Source: an uncultured Gemmatimonadales bacterium
GTDB taxonomy: Bacteria; Gemmatimonadota; Gemmatimonadetes; Gemmatimonadales; GWC2-71-9
Reading direction: 5' to 3'
Length of the DNA stretch: 64,000 nt
NCBI GenBank assembly: GCA_963812085.1
Contig: CAWETL010000003.1
Coordinates: forward strand, 849,706-913,705
Below, piece after piece: positions 59,734 through 64,000 of this stretch (position 1 is its first letter; the number at the start of each line of letters is the position of its first letter). Position numbers and translations under genes: made by a program. Under the pieces are notes generated by a model. It had not been told where the DNA came from. It saw nothing but the letters and a program-made list of their open reading frames with translations, and ran no database searches.

Positions 59734-60155
59734 AGGACCTTCCGCAAGTACTTCTCCTGCTTGACCCACATCGCCGAGGCCTCGCGCCCCGCCCCGTCGT
59801 CGTGGTCCCACCCGAGGATGTGCAGCGTTCCGTGGATCACGAGGCGGGCGAGTTCCTCCCGGACCGGGAGGCCGCGCCGCCGGGCCTCGCGCTCGGCCTG
59901 CCAGCGGCAGAGGTAGAGGTCGCCGAGCAGGCCGCCGCGCGGATCGGGCAGCGCGAAGCTGATGACGTCGGTGGGAAAGTCGTGGCCCTTGTGGAGCTGG
60001 TTCATCTGGCGCATCGCCTCGCGCCCGAGGAAGGTCACGGAGACGGACGCGTGCCGGCGCTCGCCGTCCAGCACGGTGCGCACCGCCCGGCGCACCAGCG
60101 CGGCCGGCAGGGGGATCACCCGCCCGTGGACGGTGACCTCAGCGGCCGCCGACAC
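59730..60155 (-). CDS. ybeY: rRNA maturation endoribonuclease YbeY
   Basis: HGTLHILGWDH zinc motif. 141 aa. Confidence 0.9.
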   Translation of the reverse strand: MSAAAEVTVHGRVIPLPAALVRRAVRTVLDGERRHASVSVTFLGREAMRQMNQLHKGHDFPTDVISFALPDPRGGLLGDLYLCRWQAEREARRRGLPVREELARLVIHGTLHILGWDHDDGAGREASAMWVKQEKYLRKVL

Positions 60156-60170
60156 GCGTCGCTTCCGCCG

Positions 60171-61130
60171 TCATCCGACCTGGTCTTCCGCGTAGGCGCG
60201 GATGATCTCGCGGACCAGGCGGTGCCGGACGACGTCGCTCTCCTGCAGGTAGCAGAACGAGATGCCGTCGATGCCCGGGAGGATCCGCTCGATCTGGATC
60301 AGGCCGGAGTCCTCGCGCTTGGGCAGGTCCACCTGGGTCTTGTCGCCGGTGACCACCACGCGGCTGTTCACGCCGAGGCGGGTGAGGAACATCTTCATCT
60401 GGGCGCCGGTGGCGTTCTGCGCCTCGTCGAGGATGATGAACGCGTCCGAGAGCGTCCGGCCGCGCATGTACGCCAGCGGCGCGATCTCGATGGTGCGGGT
60501 CTCGAGGGCCTTCTGGACCCGCTCGTGGGGCATCATGTCCTCGAGGGCGTCGTACAGCGGGCGCAGGTACGGGTCCACCTTGGCCTGCAGGTCGCCGGGG
60601 AGGAAGCCGAGGGACTCGCCGGCCTCGACCGCGGGGCGGGCGAGGATGATCCGCTTGACCCGCTTCCGCGCGAGCGCCTCGACCGCCTTGGCCACCGCGA
60701 GGTACGTCTTCCCGGTCCCGGCGGGTCCGATGCCGACGACGACGTCGTGCGCGGCGATGGCCGCCAGGTAGTCCTTTTGCCCCGGCGTCTTGGCCATGAT
60801 GGCCTTGCGCATGCCGGGCAGCACGATGCGGCCGTCGGCGCCGGCGGTCGGGAGCTCGGCCCCGGGCTCGGAGGCGATCCGGTACACGTCCTCCGGCGCG
60901 ATGGACTCTCCCATGCGGGCCAGGTCGATGAGCCCTTGCACCACCGGCGTGGCGCGCTCGATCTGTTCGAGGGTACCGCCCAGCGAGAGCGTGTCGCCGC
61001 GGAGCGTGGCGCGCACGCCGAGCGCGCGCTGGAGTTCGAGGAGGTTCACGTCGTTCACGCCGCCGAGGAGGAGCGGATCCGCGCCCTCGGTGGAGAGGCG
61101 GTGCACGACGTCGTTGGCGTCAGCCTTCAC
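60171..61130 (-). CDS. phoH: PhoH-like ATPase (YbeZ)
   Basis: GPAGTGKTYLA, FLPGDLQAKVDPYLRPLYDAL, IILDEAQN, TGDKTQVDLP. Confidence 0.9.
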   Translation of the reverse strand: MKADANDVVHRLSTEGADPLLLGGVNDVNLLELQRALGVRATLRGDTLSLGGTLEQIERATPVVQGLIDLARMGESIAPEDVYRIASEPGAELPTAGADGRIVLPGMRKAIMAKTPGQKDYLAAIAAHDVVVGIGPAGTGKTYLAVAKAVEALARKRVKRIILARPAVEAGESLGFLPGDLQAKVDPYLRPLYDALEDMMPHERVQKALETRTIEIAPLAYMRGRTLSDAFIILDEAQNATGAQMKMFLTRLGVNSRVVVTGDKTQVDLPKREDSGLIQIERILPGIDGISFCYLQESDVVRHRLVREIIRAYAEDQVG

Positions 61131-62895
61131 CGGTGACCTCCAGGTGCAGTGCGGCCAGGTCCTTCGGGTCGATGGGCGTCGGGGCGCCCTCGAAGAGGGC
61201 GCGGGCCGCCGTGGTCTTCGGGAAGGCGATCACGTCCCGCAGGTTGTTCGAGCCCGCGAGCAGCATCGCGATCCGGTCGAAGCCGAGGGCAAACCCGCCG
61301 TGCGGGGGCGCGCCGCCGGCCAGCGCGTCGATCAGGAAGCCGAAGCGGCGGCGGATGTCGTCCGGCGGAATCTTGAGCAGCTCGAAGATCGTGGTCTGCA
61401 GCTCGGGCGTGGTGATCCGGATCGAGCCGCTGCCCAGCTCGTTGCCGTTGTACACCGCGTCGTAGTGCAGCGCACGGCAGGACCACGGGGCCGTCTTGAG
61501 CTTGGCGGCGTCCTCGGGATGCGGAGCCGTGAACGGGTGGTGGGCCGGGGACCACTCGCCGGTGGCAGGGTCCTGCTCGAAGAGCGGGAAGTCCACGATC
61601 CAGCAGAAGGCGTGCGGCTCGGCGGCTACCATGCCGGGCTTGCGGGTGAGCGCGGTGCGGACCGAGTGAAGCGCCGGCGACGTGACCTGGTCGGCGCCCG
61701 TCACCGCCACGAACAGGGTGCCGGCGGGCGCGTTCAGCTTGTCGAGCGCGAAGGCGCCGATCGCCTTGACCCCCTGCCCTTCCCAACCGGCGCCGGTGCG
61801 GCGCGCCCAGATGAGCCCGCCGGCCCCCGCCTCCTTCGCCAGCGCCGTGAGCGTGTCGAGTTCCTTGCGCGTCGCCTCGCCCTGGCCGACGGCCAGGATG
61901 CCGCGGACCCGGCCCCCGGCCTTGATGGCCTCGTGCACGAACGGCGCGGCGTCGCCGCCCACGAGCGGCGTCAGGTCCTGGATCTCCAGCCCGTAGCGGA
62001 GGTCGGGCTTGTCCACGCCGTACTTCTCCATCGCCTCGCGGTAGGTGAGCCGCCGGAAGGGCCGCTTGACCACGTGCCCCGCCTCGGCCCAGAGGTCCAC
62101 CAGCACCTGCTCGACGACGGCCTGGACATCCTCCGGCCCGACGAAGCTGGCCTCGATGTCGATCTGGGTGAACTCGGGCTGGCGGTCGGCGCGGAGGTCC
62201 TCGTCGCGGAAGCAGCGCGCGAGCTGGAAGTAGCGGTCGTATCCCGCCACCATCAGCAGCTGCTTGTAGATCTGCGGGGACTGCGGCAGCGCGTAGAACT
62301 CGCCGCGATGCACGCTGCTCGGCACCAGGTAGTCGCGCGCGCCCTCCGGGGTCGGCTTGGTGAGGATCGGCGTCTCGATCTCGAGGAAGCCGAGCTCGCT
62401 CATGGTGCGGCGGCTCCGCTGCAGCAGCCGGTGGCGGAGCATCAGGTTCCGCTGCAGCTCGGGGCGGCGGAGGTCGAGCACCCGGTGCCGGAGGCGGAGT
62501 TCCTCGGAGGGGAGCTCCTCGCCCTCCTTCCGCGCGACCGGGATGGCGGGGGTGACGGCCGGGCCGACGATGGTGAGCGAGCGCACATGCACTTCCACCT
62601 CGCGCGAGGCCATGCCGGCATCGCGGCCGATTTCGGGTCGCACCGCCACTTCGCCCTCGGCCAGCACCACCGTTTCCGGACCCACCGACGCGGCGCGGGC
62701 AATCACCTCCGCCGCGCTCCAGCGCGGGTCGAAGGAGAGCTGCACCAGGCCGGCGCGATCACGCAGATCGAGGAAGACGACGCCGCCCAAGTCGCGGCGG
62801 CGATGCACCCAGCCGCCGAGGCGCACGGCCTGGCCGACGTGTTCGCGGGTCAATTCGCCGCACAGGTGTGTGCGGTACGTGGTAGAGGTGGGCAT
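61120..62895 (-). CDS. aspS: Aspartate--tRNA ligase
   Basis: Internal ATG 62895: MPTSTTYRTHLCGEL...GWVHRRRDLGGVVFLDLRDR. FRDEDLRADRQPEFTQID, GGAPPHGGFALGFDR. Confidence 0.9.
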   Translation of the reverse strand: MPTSTTYRTHLCGELTREHVGQAVRLGGWVHRRRDLGGVVFLDLRDRAGLVQLSFDPRWSAAEVIARAASVGPETVVLAEGEVAVRPEIGRDAGMASREVEVHVRSLTIVGPAVTPAIPVARKEGEELPSEELRLRHRVLDLRRPELQRNLMLRHRLLQRSRRTMSELGFLEIETPILTKPTPEGARDYLVPSSVHRGEFYALPQSPQIYKQLLMVAGYDRYFQLARCFRDEDLRADRQPEFTQIDIEASFVGPEDVQAVVEQVLVDLWAEAGHVVKRPFRRLTYREAMEKYGVDKPDLRYGLEIQDLTPLVGGDAAPFVHEAIKAGGRVRGILAVGQGEATRKELDTLTALAKEAGAGGLIWARRTGAGWEGQGVKAIGAFALDKLNAPAGTLFVAVTGADQVTSPALHSVRTALTRKPGMVAAEPHAFCWIVDFPLFEQDPATGEWSPAHHPFTAPHPEDAAKLKTAPWSCRALHYDAVYNGNELGSGSIRITTPELQTTIFELLKIPPDDIRRRFGFLIDALAGGAPPHGGFALGFDRIAMLLAGSNNLRDVIAFPKTTAARALFEGAPTPIDPKDLAALHLEVTGEG

Positions 62896-62962
62896 CTGGA
62901 CAAACTTAACCGCCGCTCCGCGGACGGGCAAGTAATTATGAGGAAAGAGTTTAGGGGCATTC

Positions 62963-63105
62963 TGTCATTGCGAGGCCACGCAGTGGCCGAAGCAATCTCG
63001 CCCCAGATTGCAGAGTCGGCCTCCTCGGGTTGGTCCTCCGGGCCTGCAGTTCGCGCCCTGTCCTGGGATTGCTTCGTCGGCCCTGTGGGCCTCCTCGCAA
63101 TGACA
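62963..63105. repeat. Palindromic intergenic repeat, family A, copy 3 (expanded, about 1.5 units)
   Basis: tgtcattgcgaggccacgcagtggccgaagcaatc...gattgcttcgtcggccctgtgggcctcctcgcaatgaca, with an internal partial duplication. Confidence 0.75.
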
Positions 63106-63141
63106 AAACGCCCGTGGTCGCCACTCCCTTATCTTCCAAGC

Positions 63142-64000
63142 ATGAGTCTCCAAGCCGACAGAGAAGCCCGCACCCTCGATCCTTGACCAGGCGCCACCCG
63201 AGGCGCGCGCCCGGCTGGCCGGCGTGGGTCACCGCGCGCGGGCTCCCGCGCTTCCGGACCGAGCAGCTGATGCGGCGGCTCTGGATGCAGCCGGTGGCGG
63301 CGTGGAAGGACGCGACCGAACTCCCCGCCGCGCTCCGCGAGGCGCTCGACGCCGAGCTTCCGCTCCGGCGCCTCGCGGTCGAGGCGGCCGAACTCAGCAG
63401 CGACGGCACGCAGAAGTTCCTCTGGCGGCTGGACGACGGGGAAGCGGTGGAATCGGTGCTGATTCCCTCGGGCGGACGGCGCACGCTCTGCATCTCGTCG
63501 CAGGCCGGCTGCGCCCTCGGCTGCGTCTTCTGCGCCACCGGGCTGATGGGCTTCCGGCGCAACCTGACGCCGTTCGAGATCGCGGGGCAGGTGCGCGAGG
63601 TCCTGCTTCGAAACGCCACCGACAAGCCGTCGAACATCGTGTTCATGGGCATGGGCGAGCCGCTGCTCAACTGGCCCGGCGTGGACGCCGCGCTCACCAT
63701 CCTCAACCACCCCGAAGGGCTCGGCATCGGCGCCCGGCACATCACCGTCTCGACCGTCGGCATCATCCCGGGGATGGCCAAGCTGGCGGCCCGTCCGGAG
63801 CAGTTCCGGCTCGCCATCTCGCTCCACGCCCCGACCACCGAACGCCGCCGAGCGATCATGCCGGTCGAGAAGAAGTACGACCTCAAGGCGGTGCTCGAGG
63901 CGGCCACGGCGTTCCGGAAGCGGATCACCTTCGAGTACGTGATGATCGCCGGCAAGAACGACAGCGACCAGGATGCCGACGCGCTGGCCGCGCTGGCCAA
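63142..64000 (+). CDS. rlmN: 23S rRNA/tRNA (adenine-C2)-methyltransferase RlmN (radical SAM); 3' end outside window, 5' end frame-disrupted
   Basis: Not in the ORF track. Frame 0 from about 63216: WVTARGLPRFRTEQLMRRLW...CISSQAGCALGCVFCATG...FMGMGEPLLN...SLHAP. The expected N-terminus ILDQAPPEARARLA is in another frame, and the only ATG (63142) is in the third. Confidence 0.8.

Overview
High-GC (roughly 68-70% by eye) bacterial chromosomal segment, densely coded. Many neighbouring genes have overlapping stop/start codons (GTGA, ATGA, TGATG).

Gene content, left to right:
- A complete cyanophycin operon: iadA, cyanophycinase, cphA, a grasp-less cphA paralog and an amidase.
- An ABC-F ATPase that appears fused to an ArsC/Spx-like domain.
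- Envelope proteins and a CzcCBA-type heavy-metal RND efflux operon.
- A ~5.3 kb lower-GC accessory island (19.0-24.3 kb), described below.
- An ECF sigma / anti-sigma / LTXXQ module.
- A TetR-controlled acyl-CoA catabolic operon containing a BoxB-like diiron oxygenase.
- rplU-rpmA, RNase G, an acyl-CoA dehydrogenase, a PQQ-type sugar dehydrogenase and RecQ.
- An ~18.5 kb co-directional minus-strand string: aspS-phoH-ybeY-corC-corC-mgtE-meaB-icmA-(eRF1-like)-icmB-carboxyltransferase-S8 peptidase-split AtuA-enoyl-CoA hydratase-small membrane protein.
- The 5' part of rlmN.

Most notable observations:
1. The accessory island is an integron-type gene-cassette array with attC sites but no integrase in the window. 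It ends at the 3' end of tRNA-Leu(CAA) on one side and at integrase and IS remnants on the other.
2. A CphA paralog has N and Mur-ligase domains but no ATP-grasp domain, and is translationally coupled to cphA and to an amidase.
3. A bacterial eRF1/Pelota-like gene is inserted between the two subunit genes of an isobutyryl-CoA-mutase-like enzyme.
4. G-tract tandem repeats sit immediately 3' of stop codons on the sense strand of three genes.
5. At least four conserved genes (cphA, an aldehyde dehydrogenase, a crotonase, rlmN) need single-nucleotide frame corrections, all in G/C-rich runs or contexts. This most likely reflects consensus indel errors and lowers trust in every pseudogene or fusion call here.

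All family assignments come from motif recognition by eye. No searches were run. Taxonomy is not established.
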